Shown here: piece by piece, positions 10,908 through 25,439 of the stretch
Layout: each line of letters opens with the position of its first letter
How positions within the stretch are numbered: the stretch's first letter is position 1
Assembly: GCA_028023455.1 (NCBI GenBank)
Contig: JAQFVV010000007.1
Coordinates: forward strand, 3,658,001-3,722,000
Source: Epiperipatus broadwayi
Taxonomy: Eukaryota > Animalia > Onychophora
Direction: 5' to 3'
Length of the DNA: 64,000 bases
Notes under the pieces: model-generated
Database searches by the model: none
The model's input: only the letters and a program-made list of their open reading frames with translations
Told to the model about the DNA's origin: nothing
Position numbers and translations under genes: made by a program

Positions 10908-11939
10908 ATATATATATATATAAGCTGTGTCGAATTGACCTAAGTAAAATCATATATATTAATTGAAGTTTGTTTATGATATATTTTTGGTAACTATTTT
11001 TAAAAAAATTCCAATCAAAAGGAAAAATGTCAGACACTTAGTTTAAGTCAATGATTTATCATACACATATATAATTATGTAAACATAATCATTACAATTA
11101 TTGCAGAAAAACAGGGTAAAAAATTTATTCTAGAATTGCATATTAACTTATTTGCAGAAATATCTGATATATATCTAAACTATAAGTATCAAGTCGATTT
11201 AAAGTACAATAGTTTTATTTTCTGTATCAATACTAGAATGTTAAAAATAAAGAGATTAATTTTTTTTTAATGTTGTTTTTATTTACCATGCACTTAATAT
11301 TGTTTCTTCAACCATAATTGGGATTTTTAGATTTAACTTAAAATAAAAGTATGGAAAGTCCAGAAATTAATTATGGAAGAACGAGATCTGGGTCAGCTAA
11401 TAAAAATGAAAGTTACCAGTGAGTGCATAACAATATTTTTTAATAAATTTATCTCAGGTAAATCATGTTATATATTATTTTTCCATAATTTTAAGAGGAA
11501 TGCAAAGAAGCTGTCTATAAAAATGTGATTTTAATATTTAATTCTCAAAATTTAGGATTTGTGAACAAATATAAAAATAAACATTTTAAATGTGTTAAAA
11601 ATCTTAATTTTATTTTTTTTTTAAGTAATGACTATATTTTCTCAGGTTCATTATATTCCTTGATATTTGCTCTTTCTAATATGTGTTATATTATTATTAA
11701 TGTGTTCAAACTGAAGATATTATACAAATTGTACCTCAAGCTTGTCTAAAATCCAATATAGTGGCCTTCAAAAGTCAAGAAGTAGCAATATTAATATGTA
11801 ATTGATTTTATTTCTACTATTGAATGTTGTAGAAATATTCTCGATCATAATAAATTGTCTTCACAGGTAATTTTGAATACGCAATTACTTGAGAGAATAA
11901 AATTTGTTTTTGCCCGAAAAAGATCTTAAAAAAAAAAGA

Positions 11940-14900
11940 TTAAAGACCAATGATATTATCCTATTAAAATAAGACAACTGTTTTGTATTGTTAAATAATA
12001 GTGATTGTAAAAGTAAAGTTTCTTTAGAGTTTAATAATGGGAAGTATTCTATTTTAAACTATGATCCTAGTGAAAAAATAAAATCTAAATAGACATATTA
12101 TCAAAATTATTGCAAATAAAAATTTTTTTGATAGAGCTATTTATTTATGTTGCTATTCTAGTACTTATTTGGCTCTTAAAGTTTTTTTCAATCCTAAGTC
12201 TCATAAAGATAATTTTCCTTTAAGATGTATTTTTGATTTTGAGGGGGTAGAGGGCTGTAGATAAAATTTCAAATTTTCTTATAAGGTCCCTTAAAAACTG
12301 TATTAGTTTTGATCATTTTTGGGCCCCTTCAGACAATTAATAAAATAAATGATTTTGTTTTAGAGGTTGATTATGTATATGGTAGTTTAGATATTGAAAA
12401 TATGTATCAATCGATAGATTAAACCATATTAATGTATTTCTTTCTATTTTAAGAAAACATGAATATTTTTTTGCAGATAAGATTAAAGTTGTTCGTGATT
12501 TTCTATTATTATTAAACGATTTGATATATTTTATGTGTAATAACATGTTTAATAAGATTAAGAGGGATGATTTGTTTGTTATTTCTCCTTTGTGTTTTGT
12601 CTACTTTATATTATTTTTGTTTCTTTAAAATTATTTGTTAGCTATCTTGATGATTGTTTATTTGTTATTCAGAAAGATAAACTAGAGTTGTTTTTGACAG
12701 ATTGAATTATTTTGATTCTAATATTAATTTTATTATTAAAGGAGGAGGCTTGATTTGTTAATTCAAAATGTTTGGATGTAAGTGTCAATACAGTTGATAT
12801 TTTATTTTGTAATCATTTTATTAAATATAAAATTTAAGAAATATGATAAGACATGACAGTTATCAACCTTTTAGTCATAAGAAATTTGGTACTTGTGCAT
12901 TTTCCTGTCTACCAAGATGGCAGCTCATATTTTTGATTAATATATAATTTCAGGGACTACAAGAAATCTTTACAAAAAAAAAAGCTGCTAGTATTTAATA
13001 TTTACATTTTCATTTCTGTGACTTATTTTAAAAAATAAATCATTCTGAAAAAATTAATTACAATGTTTATACTTTATTTATTATTACTTTTTTGTATTAA
13101 TTTATTAATAAAAAAATTAAAAAAAGATATAAAGGTGAGGAATATTTATAATGGCGGCTACAATCTCTAATGGCCTTCAAAATCACCACAAATGAATCAT
13201 GTTGGTGGTGCAATCAGTGCCACATAAATTCTGCTAATTGGAATTCAAGTGTTATGTAGTTCAACGGTCTTTTTCGTTTCACCATTTGACCAGCTTCAAA
13301 GTCTTTTAATGTTTTGCGTATGCACACTGGTAGCTAAATCAACAATTATAGCAGTGATTTTTTGAAAATGTTTAAATCCTGCATGCCTTAATTCATCATT
13401 TTTATTGTCTTCCAATAGTCCATATAAATTGTAGATCTATTTGCGACAATTTGTTTTATCATATCTTTAAGAATAGCCCTGTTCTACTTGGAACAGTTAC
13501 AATGAAGCATTCATTAGTTTCTCTGCACAAGCCATTGAATAACCACTATTGTGGAAGTATTCTCCCCTGATGATTCTTATGCTTGGTAAAAAGTTTCATC
13601 AATTTTAATAATTCTATTAGGCCATCCGATTTTGCATGACAGTCGAAATAAAAGACTAGATGTGCACACTTCCCTCAGGTATGTGTTCGAATCTATGACA
13701 GTGTTGTTGGACAAATCCAACTGATCTTTTTCCCATCCAATGAATATTAAATCTCTATTCTAGCTGTATCTCAGTGCAGTCAGAAATGGAATTTTTCAAA
13801 TCCTTGAACCATGTTCTTTTACAAATGAATAATCTGTTTAAACAACATTTCAAGCTGCATTGCCATTGTAGGGCTAATTGCATGTAAAGTGTCACATTGT
13901 AACCATTAACGCACTTCTCGGGAGAGCAGGATTCCGTACCTTTGGAAATACTCAAACGCACCATGTTCTGCGACAAGAAGGTCCCAAATTTTGATCATTA
14001 TGAAAATTTTGCAAAATACAACTGACAAAAAGATTCAAGCTGAATTAAAACGAAGTATGATAATGTTCAAAGCACCCCATCACTTCCACATTATAAGTAA
14101 AAAAAAAAAAATTTAATAAAGTTTAATAATGAAATTTATCTGAATTTATTACTTTTTTAAGTTTTTAATTTTTTTTAAGAATTGAAAATGAAAAAATAAA
14201 TTGTGCACCATTGAAACTGTATATTTATCAAAAATATGAGTTGCCATCCTGGTAGACAGGTAAATACATAAGTACTAAAATTTCTTTATTGAATTTTTGT
14301 TATAGGAATATAAGACTTGATATTTTTGAAATTAATGCTTATATTTAATCGTCAATTTCCTTCTGATTGTACTGATTTGAGTTAAATCATGATTTATTAG
14401 AAATATTTAATAAAAATATCTGTAGGCCTGACCTTAATAAAAATTTAATTGTGAAAATAAAGAGTTTATTTCTTTATTATTTAAATCATTAATTTATAGA
14501 TTGGTTTATAAGAAGTTATTTATTAGTGTGAAAGTTGCTTGAAAGAAAGGTCTTCATTTAAATACATTATTAAATAACTCAAAATAGTCAATTGATAGTA
14601 TATCTATCCCTGATACAATTTATTAGATTACTTGCAGTTGCTGTAAAATTTATTTAAAATGAAAGTAAATTAAGTCTTTCTGAAAGAATTCAAGTTCACA
14701 AGAGCAGATTAAAAATAGATTTGTATATTCATGAACTAAATACAAGTCATAAAATATTATTTGACAATGAAGAAATTATCTTTTTTGAAAAAAATAAAGT
14801 TTAATAAGAAGAGTCAAAGAAACTCTGATGATAAATCATTTTGAATTTAAGACCATCAACCTCATGAAAAATGTCCTTTGTTATTAAACGTGAGTAGTTT

Positions 14901-15030
14901 TTAAAGTGAATTATGGGAAGGCTACTTCTGTTTATATGTGTGTGTGTTGTCTGTATCTAACTGCATTTCACATGAGGTCTATTTGTTAATAAATGAAACC
15001 ATGGTTATGAGAGAATTTTAGTAAAAATTT
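11940..15030 (+). mobile_element. Decayed Penelope-like element, interrupted by a Merlin transposon
   Basis: Remnant motifs NPKSHKDNFPLRCI (PLE PKIHK..PLRPI), SLDIENMY, YLDDCLFVI, RLNYFDSNINF, then a GIY-YIG-like stretch at 14590-14860. Collinear with 1290-4440. May extend further 5'. Confidence 0.78.
12888..14276 (-). mobile_element. Merlin (IS1595/ISXO2-like) DNA transposon, decayed
   Basis: ~50-bp TIRs (ggtacttgtgcattttcctgtctaccaagatggcagctcatatttttgat at 12888, inverse at 14226-14276) and an imperfect ~8-bp TSD (agaaattt / aaaattt). The minus strand reads IKIDET..KNHQGRILPQ.WLFNGLCRETNECFIVTVPSRT...HTQNIKRL...LAEFMW with stops and frameshifts. Confidence 0.88.
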
Positions 15031-15072
15031 ATTTTTGTAGTTAATATTTTATGCTATAAGATTATGTGATAT

Positions 15073-15355
15073 ATGGATAAGAGAACAAACAGGTGTTACT
15101 GACATTGTTGAAAGAATTTAAAAGACTGAAATGGAGTTGGGCTGAACATTGCTAGAAGAGATTAAAATCTTAAACTGGATTCCAAGAGATTGTAAGGACC
15201 CAGAAAGAGACCACATGTGAGATGAATGGATGAAATAAGAAAGTGTGCAGGGGTGACGTGAAGAAGAGAAGCTAGAGATCGGAGAAGATGGATTATATTT
15301 GGAGAGACTTTCATCCTGCAATGGAATGATAATGGTTGACAATGATGATGATATG
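15073..15355 (+). mobile_element. RTE LINE 3' fragment
   Basis: Matches 6160-6460. Ends gataatggttgacaatgatgatgat. Confidence 0.9.
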
Positions 15356-16324
15356 ATTTTCTATTTGATTTATTTATCTTTACTAGTAGTGTTGGGCAGT
15401 ATCTAATTTTATATGATAGCATATATAAATAGCATATATAACAAAAGATAGAATGTCCAAATGAAAATAAAGAATTCAAATGACAATATTAAACCATACA
15501 TAAGCTTAAAAATAATGTTATCAGGTCAAATAATAATTTGATGTCTGCAGTAAGGATTAATTTATATTAAAATCAAATAATCCAACATTTTATTCATATA
15601 TATGTTTCCATTACTTAATAAATGAAAATTTAATTTAAGATTTACACATCAAACAACTAGTATTATTTATGGATGGATATTATTCATGAAATTCATTTTA
15701 AGATAAAACATTCATGAATATCAAAAAAAATAAATGTTATCAATTATGGTCACACAAAAAAAAATTACACATAAATATGAGTTTATTGAATTTAATTAAG
15801 ATATAATAGTTTAATAATAGAATATTTCAAATCCAACTTAACACCCCTAATGTGACATTCATGTAAATAAATACTATTTGATTGTCTACAATAATGAATA
15901 AAGCAAAAAAAAAAAAAATCTTATCAAAGTATTAGAATATCTTTGCACAATAAATATATTTAAATTTGGTACTATTTGAATTTCTTTAATTTCATAGCTG
16001 CAAAACATTATATGATTAATGAAAGTTTATTGTTTTGTGGAGATTTTTATAACACCATTCAGGTTTTAAAATATTTCTATCAATTACACGGAATATTTCA
16101 AACTTCCCATTACACAAAATGAACAATCATTTATCAGGATCCCCTTCCAAGTAATAATAACATAGTTGGTCACAAATTCATAAGTTTATTTAAAAGCCAC
16201 TATCTGTACTTAAATGTAACATTAATATTATCCATACAAGACAATTAAAATTACTTTTTTCCACAGCAACCCAAGTCTGTTGTACCATTAGATTAATTGT
16301 CCAAAAGATTTTTAGCCTTCTTAA

Positions 16325-16453
16325 CTAGGACCTGGTTTGGAATTTAATACTCAGGTTGGTCTTATGTCCTCCTTTGGTTGCTGGTAATTTCTCATCAATG
16401 ACAGTTCTCTTCTTTTTGGGTTTCCATGGCAATCTTAAAATGCTACTGTTATA
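16325..16453 (-). CDS. Candidate terminal coding exon of an unidentified minus-strand host gene (SILRLPWKPKKKRTVIDEKLPATKGGHKTNLSIKFQTRS*)
   Basis: Pyrimidine-rich acceptor ttttttataacag, an open frame with less AT-biased composition, a stop, and AATAAA ~140 nt downstream. No homology recognised. Confidence 0.25.
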   Translation of the reverse strand, partial: YNSSILRLPWKPKKKRTVIDEKLPATKGGHKTNLSIKFQTRS

Positions 16454-17590
16454 AAAAATAAATGTAATAGCCCAGTGGATTAGCAAGTTAATAAAATGTT
16501 TATAATATCCCACAATTTTATTATATATAAAACCAGCAGTCTACATTACAATTATCATTAGCATCAAGCTTCAGTAAACTATTTTCCATTTTAAAGGGTT
16601 TTCCTCTTTTATTTTTTCAAGGAAAAAGAAAAATATTAATTGCCTGATAATGTCTATTCTTTCATCTTTATGTAAAATTTTACCATAGTTTACATTTCCA
16701 CTGCATTGAACCATTAACTATAATACTATTATATAATAATATAATATTAATGTAAAAAATACTAAAACAGTTTAAATATAAAATTTAATAAAATAAGATC
16801 ATAGTTGTGATTTGAGTGTTGTTAAAATTTGCGTGCGAAGAAATGATCACAATGTAAAATAAGAGGTGTGGTTCGTTACACAAAATGAATATATGACATG
16901 AAAGCATTAAAAGTATATTTGACACAAGATTGGCACCAATATAACAAAAGATGGGCATTGTTTCCAAGTTCATTTGAATGATTCTTTAGGAATTTTGCTT
17001 GTCATATATTATCTTAGCAATATAATTGAACTTGTTCGTTCGGTGTATAGATTTATATTTTTAGCATTATACATTTGATAAGCCATAAAATTATTTAAGT
17101 GCTCATTAAAATCATTCGAATTTCATCTCAATATATATATCTCCTATCTTTATTGTTAAAAGGAGGTTGCCTTGACAACAGTTTGTGATTGTTGTCTATA
17201 TTGGGATTGTCTTAAGTGTTGGCTGGTTTCTAATGTCAATATATATATATACTAAAAAAATTCTTTAAACCACTAAACAACAGGAAAACTTTTAAGATAA
17301 AACAACCAACCATTTTTTCAATATCATTAGTTATTTACTAAGACACACCTCTTACATACTATCCTAGACTATTTCTTTAAGATTCAATTTCTTTTTTTTT
17401 CTTCCCATTATCTTCAATCCCCTGCATCTCTAAATCCATAGCTAGTCCAATTACTCTTCCACATCTCTTTTTACTTAATCTTTTCAAATCCTTAACTTAG
17501 CATTTTTATTCTTTAAAATCTCTAATCTTTTTTCCTTGTTTGTAATCATTTAAAAGTTTGATTTATATAAAGCTACATTTGAAAAAAAAA

Positions 17591-17758
17591 AACAAATATC
17601 TTGTTCTGAATCCATCTAAAGATAGGCATGAAAGATTAGAAAGGCAAGAGAAATTACAAGGTAGGTAAAAAAAACACTTAACAAATACCTTTTTCTGAAT
17701 CTATCTAAAAATAGACACGAAAGATTAGAAAGGCAAAAGAAATTACAAGAAAGTAGGT
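17591..17758 (+). repeat. Tandem duplication, period ~89 bp, two copies
   Basis: aacaaata..ttctgaatc.atctaaa.atag.ca.gaaagattagaaaggcaa.agaaattacaag occurs at 17591 and 17680. Confidence 0.85.
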
Positions 17759-19854
17759 TTGGCATATAATAGAATGAATAATTTTGGAAAGGAAAACGAT
17801 ACTGCAACAGCAACTGATAAATATAACAAATTCTTCAAATTGCTTTGAAAAAAAAAAAATAATAATAAATGAGGACGAAGCAGAATTGAAATGCTTTGGT
17901 GGGACGAAAACTTTAAATAAAATTACACTGGTAAAGCACTGAAATTCTATTAAAGAAAACATCTAATGTAATAAAAGATAATGATTTTCAAATAAATAAC
18001 TGTCTTAATCTCAAATGTTATAATATTTTGTTGATGGTTTTTATAAAAAAAAGCGATGTAGATCTAAAAAAAAACAAAAGAAATACAAATGAAGGATAAG
18101 ATTTGACTTACTAATCTTAATTAAAATGCATTTAATAAAATATATCAGAATGACTAATAAATTTGAAATAGAAGATATATAAGTAGATAACATTGGGTAC
18201 CAACATGCATTAGCCAGCACTGAGTTTATTGGCTTTTTACATCTGAGTTTAAGATCAAGAAACACAATGGTCTTTCTTCTCAATTGCTTGATAAGACAGA
18301 ATGAATGTAAAAAAAATTTCTAATAGATATTTACAATCATGACAGACAAAAATAAATCATGGCCCTTATTCCCAGGAGGGTATAAAGTCACCATCCAAGG
18401 CAGCAATTGATGGATGAAGGTGAATGATACTAACAATACCCTGACTGCGGACCCAGGCTGCCATTTGATGATAACTTTTTATTTTCATATCTACAACTTC
18501 CAATCACTTTCAATTGAAAAAAGATTGCAAAAATTGGAAGAACTGTCTCATATTAAATGGGACAATATTGGACTTTGTGAAGTTAGAAGAAAAGGTGAAG
18601 AGATGATTGATTTAAGAAGTGAACATGTTACTCTACTACAAAGGCACAAATATTAGAAAAACAAGTGTAGTAGGATTCATTATAAATATATTGTGAAGAT
18701 TGATGGTGTATCAGACAGAATGGCAAGATTAGTTATTCAATTTAATAGCAGATACCAAATGCAGATAATTCAGGTTTATGCCCCAACAAGTTTTCATAGT
18801 GATGAAGTAGTAGAGGATTTTTATATGGATGTACAAAAACATTTTGATCAGACTAAACAACATTTTAAAATTGTTGTGGGAGACTTTAATGTTAGAAATG
18901 GTAAACAATTTAAAGATGAATGTGCAGTAATTAAATTAGGTAGTTTGCAGAAAAAGAAAAACTTTATATTATGAACTTTATATTATGAATTCTTTTTTTA
19001 AGAAAAATGTTAAAATGACATGGACATGAAAGCATTCAAATGAAGGTATAGCAGAACTGAATTATATTTTGACTAACAGAAAATACATATTTCAAGATTG
19101 TAATGTTTTTAATAAATTCAACATAGGAGGTGATCATTGATTAGTGAGATATAAGATATGTGTTAATGCAAAACTAGAGATAAAAATTATTAAGAAAATC
19201 AATATTCACAGTTGATATTCCTAATCTTCAGAAACACTCTAATAAATTTAAATTAGAAATTGCAAATCGCTTTCGAATATTTACAGATTTTGAGCATGAT
19301 TCAGATTTGAATAAAATTAATAGGAAAATAAATAATATACTTTTAAAAAGTGCAACCAAGATAGCTGGTAGAAAAAAGCAGCAATTGACCAATAAAATTT
19401 CTACTGAGACTAGAGAATTTATGAAGAAAAGAAGGAATACAAAAAAATATATAAAAATGATACGTTAAGAAGAATAGAATATCTCAAATTTTATAAAACA
19501 GTGTGAAAAAGAGTTGATAATGATATAAGAAAGTATAATTGTGAACTAGCAAGGAAAGCTGTAGAAGAGAAATAAAAATCTCAAGAGTGTAAAACAACAT
19601 TTTGGTATTGGTAGGAAATATATATCTGCAATAAGAAAAAAAGATGGAACTAATTACTAAGAAGATGAATGATATTATAAAATTGGTAAAAGAGTTCTAT
19701 CAAGAATTATATAATAATAAAGAACAAGTATCTCCAACAACTATTATATCTTCTGAATTGCCCAGGATTTTAAATGAAGTGAGACATGCAATTAAATTTA
19801 TAAAGAAGGGAAAAGCTCCACCAGATAATGATGGAATTATAATCGATCTCTTAA

Positions 19855-21525
19855 CTGCTTCGGTGTATTGGGCAGACCATCTGCACATTGTTATTCGTTG
19901 AAGTTCAGTTTTCTTTTCGAAATTACAGAAAAACTAAGAGGACTATGCATGCATGAATGCCACAATTCTCTGCATCTTTTTTCGTAATTTCTGTAGGTAG
20001 TCACCATTTTTTTGTACAACAAAAAATAAAGTTTTTATTAATTTTTTTCCAAGGAAGGTCAATTATTTTTATTAATTTTTTCTCAGTTTTTTAGATTACA
20101 TGGAGACAAAACGACGCAAAGAAATTAATCGGCAGATATGGATTCAGAAACGGATTATTCAGCCTCGATGAATTTGAAATTCCTAAACCATTTAATTCTG
20201 ACAACAGTATTACATAGCGATCTACAGGAATACTTCACATCATCATCCAAAGAAGGAGAAGCAACTACTTTATCAGCGAAATGGCAAAGAAAAAATACAA
20301 ATGTTGTTCCAGACAATAGCAGTAGAGCAGGCCCATCAACTAGTGTTTCTAATATGCCTTCGAATGTTACTAGAGGACAGATTTGAAGTTTTTGCCTGTG
20401 AGTGAGTATTCTATCTTATATTTCTTTTATATGTTATGTGTGTCTAAATTATTGAAGAAATCAATAAATATGCCACTGAGGAGAAATGTATGCATGATTG
20501 AAAAAACATATTTATAAAATTCGACCTACTATAAAAAAAATGCAATGTTAATTTCAAAGCTGCATACCAAATGCACAGAGAGATTGCAGTTTTTATTGTT
20601 TTTGTTTTACAAACTTAGTTTTTATTATTTTTGTTTTGCTAACTTAGTTTTTATTGTTTTTGTTTTACTGATTACTTTTTCCAATTGGTAAACAAGATCT
20701 GGAATGATTTATCTTTTATTAATAATAATATTGAATAATATGAAATATTTAATATTTTGTATATTTATATTAGATAATATGAACAGGTATGCTTCTCTGG
20801 AAGACATCCTGAAAGAGGTAGAATATAAACATTTTTTTATATATAAATATGTGCCTTTAGAACCTTTTTAGTAATCTTTGACTTCTCATATTCTAAATTT
20901 GTAAATTGTTTTCTATATTGGCAATGATTATTCAGTATAATGATGTTATGAACAAGGTTGGTTTATTCAAAGTCTAAAATCAAAATAATTTATAGAGGTA
21001 AGTAATAATATCTACACTTGTTTTATTATTTTTACATTCTGATAGAATTCTAATTTTTTTTTTATCTTTTATTAGGGAGAACATTCTTTCTTCCAGACGT
21101 CTTAAAAATTTTCAACTTTGGGGTGCAAGAAAAAAATGAAGAATTCTTATCTTCCTATTACCACAAGTTCTGAAACTATGGATTATCTCAGGTAAGACAT
21201 ATTATATATGTTTTTAAAGATAATTTTGTGAGGAATACAAAGAAATTATCACTGTAAGATGTAATTTGAACTTTAGTTAATAATAAACTCCAAATTATGA
21301 ACAAACAATAAAATAATAATTATTTCGGATGTGAAAATTTCTTTTTTCCTTATTTTTTATATAGTTATCACCATTTATCTTATGCTTATTGTTTTCCTTA
21401 GTTTTTCTAGTTTCTATCAATGTAAATTTTTTTGCTCTAACATTATTAAAACTGAAGTTATTGCGAAAATTGTGTCTCAGGTCAGTTTTTTAAAAAATTC
21501 AATATGGTGCATGACACTTAACTAG
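19855..21525 (+). mobile_element. piggyBac-like non-autonomous insertion at TTAA
   Basis: Interrupts the RTE exactly at gatata-TTAA-aagaagcagg with TTAA duplicated (19851-19854, 21526-21529). Weak TIRs (ctgcttcggtgtattg / ctagttaagtgtcatg). Acidic N-terminal remnant DSETDYSAS/DEFEIPKPFNSD. No DDD catalytic core seen. Confidence 0.6.
20588..20675 (+). repeat. Minisatellite, ~29-bp unit, three copies
   Basis: gtttttattgtttttgttttac..acttag repeated. Confidence 0.75.
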
Positions 21526-24500
21526 TTAAAAGAAGCAGGTGGAAAAATAGACAAAATGTTGGTAAAGTTATATACCAAAGAATGCGTATTAATATTATTT
21601 AAAAAAAGTGATAAAGAAGATATTAAAAATTACAGACCTATCAGTCTTTTATCAGTTTATACAGAGAACTTTAGATTTCAACCAACCAAAAGAACAAGCT
21701 GGATTTAAAAGTGATTTAGTACAGTGGATTATATCTAAGAATTGAGAGAAGTTATAGAAAGAACCAATGAATATGAGTTGCCATTATGCTTTGGATTTGT
21801 AGATTATGAAAAGGCATTTGATTCTATAAGCATTTCCTCAATGATTAAAGCATTGGATTATCAAGGTATAGACCCAGGATATTGTCATATTCTGAAGAAT
21901 ATTTATAAAAATGCAACAGCAACAATTAGATTACATAATGATACTAGGAAAGTTAATATTGAGAAGGGCTTCCATATCTCCAAAACTTTTTACAGCAGTC
22001 CTGAAAGAAGTATTTTGTGGATTAAAATGGGAAGCTAAAGGAATAAAACTAAATGGAGATTATTTAAGTCATTTAGATTTTGCAAATAATGCTTCAGAGC
22101 TTCAGAAAATGTTGCAAGAGTTATCAGATGAAAGTAAGAAAGTAGGACTAAAGGTCAACATTAAAAAGACTAAAGTAATATTCAATGGATTTTCTCAAAA
22201 AATGAAAATAAAGATTGATAAATACCTTGGTCAGATTACTATAGATGGAAACATAATGGATGAAATTAATCATAGAATTAAACTTGGTTGGAGTGCTTTT
22301 GGTAGAAATAACTTAATATTAAAAGGAAATATCCCTATGTATTTGAAAAGGAAGGTTTTTAATAAATGTGTTTTATCATTTCTTACTTATAGATCTGTGA
22401 CTTAAACACTTAATAGAAGAGCAACACAGAGACTTCAGACCACTTAAAGAAGGATAGAGATGAATGTCAGGAGTAACTAGAAGAGATTGAAAATGCAATA
22501 CATGGATAAGAGAATAAACAGGTATTACTGACATCATTGAAAGAATTAAAAGACTGAAGTGGAGTTGGGTTGGACATACTGATAGAAGAAATGATAATAG
22601 ATGAACAATTGAAATATTAAATGGAATTCCAAGTGATTGTAAAAGACCCAGAAAGAGACCATATATAAGATGGATGGAAGAAATAAGAATGTGTGTAAGG
22701 GTGATGTGGAGAAGAGAGGCTAAAGATTGGAGATGGATTGAACTTGGAGAGACCTTCATATTGCAGTGAATTGATAATGGTTGACAATGATAATGATGAT
22801 AGAAATTGAGCAAATAACTAATTAATAACCAAAGAATTAACAGTTAGCTTCATTCTATCAAATTTGCTGGAGAATGTCAATGTAAGAAAATGTAACAAAA
22901 ATAATAAAAATATAGAAGAAAAAGGGATTAATCATAAAGTGTAAATTAATGATAGAAGAGGTAATAAAGTTGTTTTCATTTCAATGCTGATTTTAACCAA
23001 AGTTCTTGTCTGAATGATTTTACAGTTCACAATGTCAAACAGCCAAGTATTCCCCTACATTAATATGCAGAGAGGAAGACGGGGGGCTTTTGCAGTATCT
23101 TATAACTTAATACAATTTATTTCCACATTTCCTTGCACTGAGTATGATTGCTAAAATTTTTTTAAAAAGCTAAGATCACATCAAAAAATGCCACAAAAGT
23201 ATAAAATATATTGTATACCTAAGCATAATATTCATATATTATAGCATTCGCAAAAACTTACATTTTCATTACAATAAACATCTACGAGGTGTTGAACTAA
23301 ATTTATCTAGTCAACATTCTTTAATTATTTAAAATCAACTAAATTCAGAGGATTTTTTTTCAAACATTTGTGACACATATCTTAGACAACTTCATTATAG
23401 CTCCTGGAGGAGTCCAAAATCAGCGTGCAGTATTTTGACTTGCTAATTTAAACATAAATTTGCAAAAAGCCTGATAAATGAATAATAGAAAAGCCACTAC
23501 TTCTTCATAAACTGTGACAAAAATTAGCAATAGTAATTTTTATCATTTATGCAATGCAATTTATGATAATCTCAGATTTGCCATACATTTAAAAATTCAA
23601 CATTTAATAATGCTTTCCATTGATGATACAATTCAACCAATTCATTCAATGAAATTAATGATAGTAAATTATATAAAATTTGTATAGTTATCTAATTAAA
23701 ACCATATCATAGAATAATAAATTTTAAATGCCTCAAAACAATACAACAAAAGCAGTCTATTCACCTATTCCAAAAACTAAGTTACTACAAAAATTTCCAA
23801 AATAATATATTTTAAAAAAAGCTAAAATCATGAGGAAAACACAAAATATTGGTCCTCCATTTGTATCTTATTATAGGTATCCACTCTTCTAATGAACAAT
23901 ACTGAATATTATTGTTACATTAAGTCATTGTAATCGCTATCTTATCAAATCCTTATAAGGCAAATCGCTCAAAAACTGCTTCTATATTTTTTTTAGCACT
24001 TCATAATAACAAGAATGACCTTTTATTTCTTCTTTTTATTCAGTAATTAACATTTCAAGCCAAATGATTTTTGTAAATGTGCAATTGTGCTCATTTTATA
24101 ATAATCCAAATATTAATTCACTATGTAAAGGTTCAATTGCCATAACTGTCAAAACAGACCAAGAAAATATTTACCAAAATGAATCCTAATAAAATATCAT
24201 CCTTTACTCTAGTCCCTTTTTTGGTCTCAGCTAAAGCAATTAATAACTAGTTTGGGACTCGATCCATTCACCTCGGATACAACAGTAATGATAGTTTGCA
24301 ATATTATTTTTTTTAAAAAGTATATTTTTAGTCAAATATTTTCTTTAATTCTACCTTGCATTCTGATCATCATCTCTGCTTCCATATTACCAATAACATT
24401 CCACAAATATTCTATCTTCAAATTCTTTTCAATAATTTAACTTTATAATTACAAATCTTGCTATGAAAATTGAATTTATACTGATACTCCATGAACATTC

Positions 24501-24684
24501 TGAATAGCAAAAGCACAAATATAAATTACAGTGAATTACTTCTACAACAAGTTGAATAAATTCAAAACAAGTCATTCACTCTATGCTAAATTACTACTTA
24601 TTTCAATCATAATCTAATGATCTCTACATTAAATTATATATAAAAGAATTTTATATTAAATAATATATATATAATTCCAACAGA

Positions 24685-24722
24685 TTGGAGAAGGAGACCA
24701 CATGTGAGATGAATGGATAAGT
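24685..24722 (+). mobile_element. Very short RTE 3' fragment
   Basis: gagaccacatgtgagatgaatggat matches the RTE 3' region. Confidence 0.55.
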
Positions 24723-25439
24723 TTATGCATTGATATAGAGAATAAATGCAATAGATTAAAATTGGATAAGATCTTTCTTCTGCAAATGATTTTGGAAAGT
24801 ACAAGATTGTTAGACCACGTGATAACATTTATCATAATCGATGCTAATTGGAACATTGCCTGCCACTCAATACATTTACTCAAGCAACTCAATTTTAGAA
24901 TTTCATCATAAACTATATTATTAAAATACATATATATAATTAGACACATACAGGGAAACTTGAAATGGATTGTTTACCGAAAAATTTAAAACATTTAATT
25001 TCTTAAACTGAATTTAAGGAATCACGTCTAGTACTCTTCACGATGTAAATATTTATAAAATTAATCACTCTTCAAAAAAAAAAAATTGAATATAATTTAA
25101 ATTAAGGCGAGAAGGAACAGGATGCAAACCTTCAGTTCTCCAAAAGTAAATGATCTTTAACCTACATATAAACATAATGCTGAAGGCATTTTTTTTAAAA
25201 AAATCAAGTAATTCATTATCATCACTAAAGCAAAATAAACATTTAATTTTTTTTTTCCCATTTCCCTATATATTTGCATATTAATCTTCTTTCACTACTA
25301 TTATATAGTAAATACAGAAGATAATATGCACATTCATTTAAACATATTCAAGAAATGAACGTTACTCACCCCCCCCCCCTTCCATCCCTTTAAATTATAC
25401 ATACAAAATAATATTGTAAGTAATTTTAATAGGCCTTCT

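Larger units (their letters stand above)
18330..22800 (+). mobile_element. Near full-length decayed RTE LINE (APE endonuclease + RT), split at 19851-21529
   Basis: APE motifs YNFQSLS..KWDNIGLCEVRRKGE, IIQVYAPTS and VVGDFNV, plus RT fragments at 21742-22405 and the family 3' terminus at ~22770-22800. The 5' boundary is approximate. Confidence 0.92.

Noticed and set aside
6520-11175. Diverged direct repeat flanking locus 1 (~6520-6678 vs ~11020-11175) as long terminal repeats
   Set aside because: Similarity is patchy and offset by ~110 bp from the right end. It is better read as an old local duplication that the element inserted into.
11351-11866. Putative exons MESPEINYGRTRSGSANKNESY / NILDHNKLSSQ
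   Set aside because: Splice signals fit, but the region abuts and may belong to the 5' part of the Penelope copy. No homology support.
23395-23450. Minus-strand QVKILHADFGLL resembling a kinase DFG motif
   Set aside because: Non-canonical spacing, an immediate stop and no other kinase motifs nearby.
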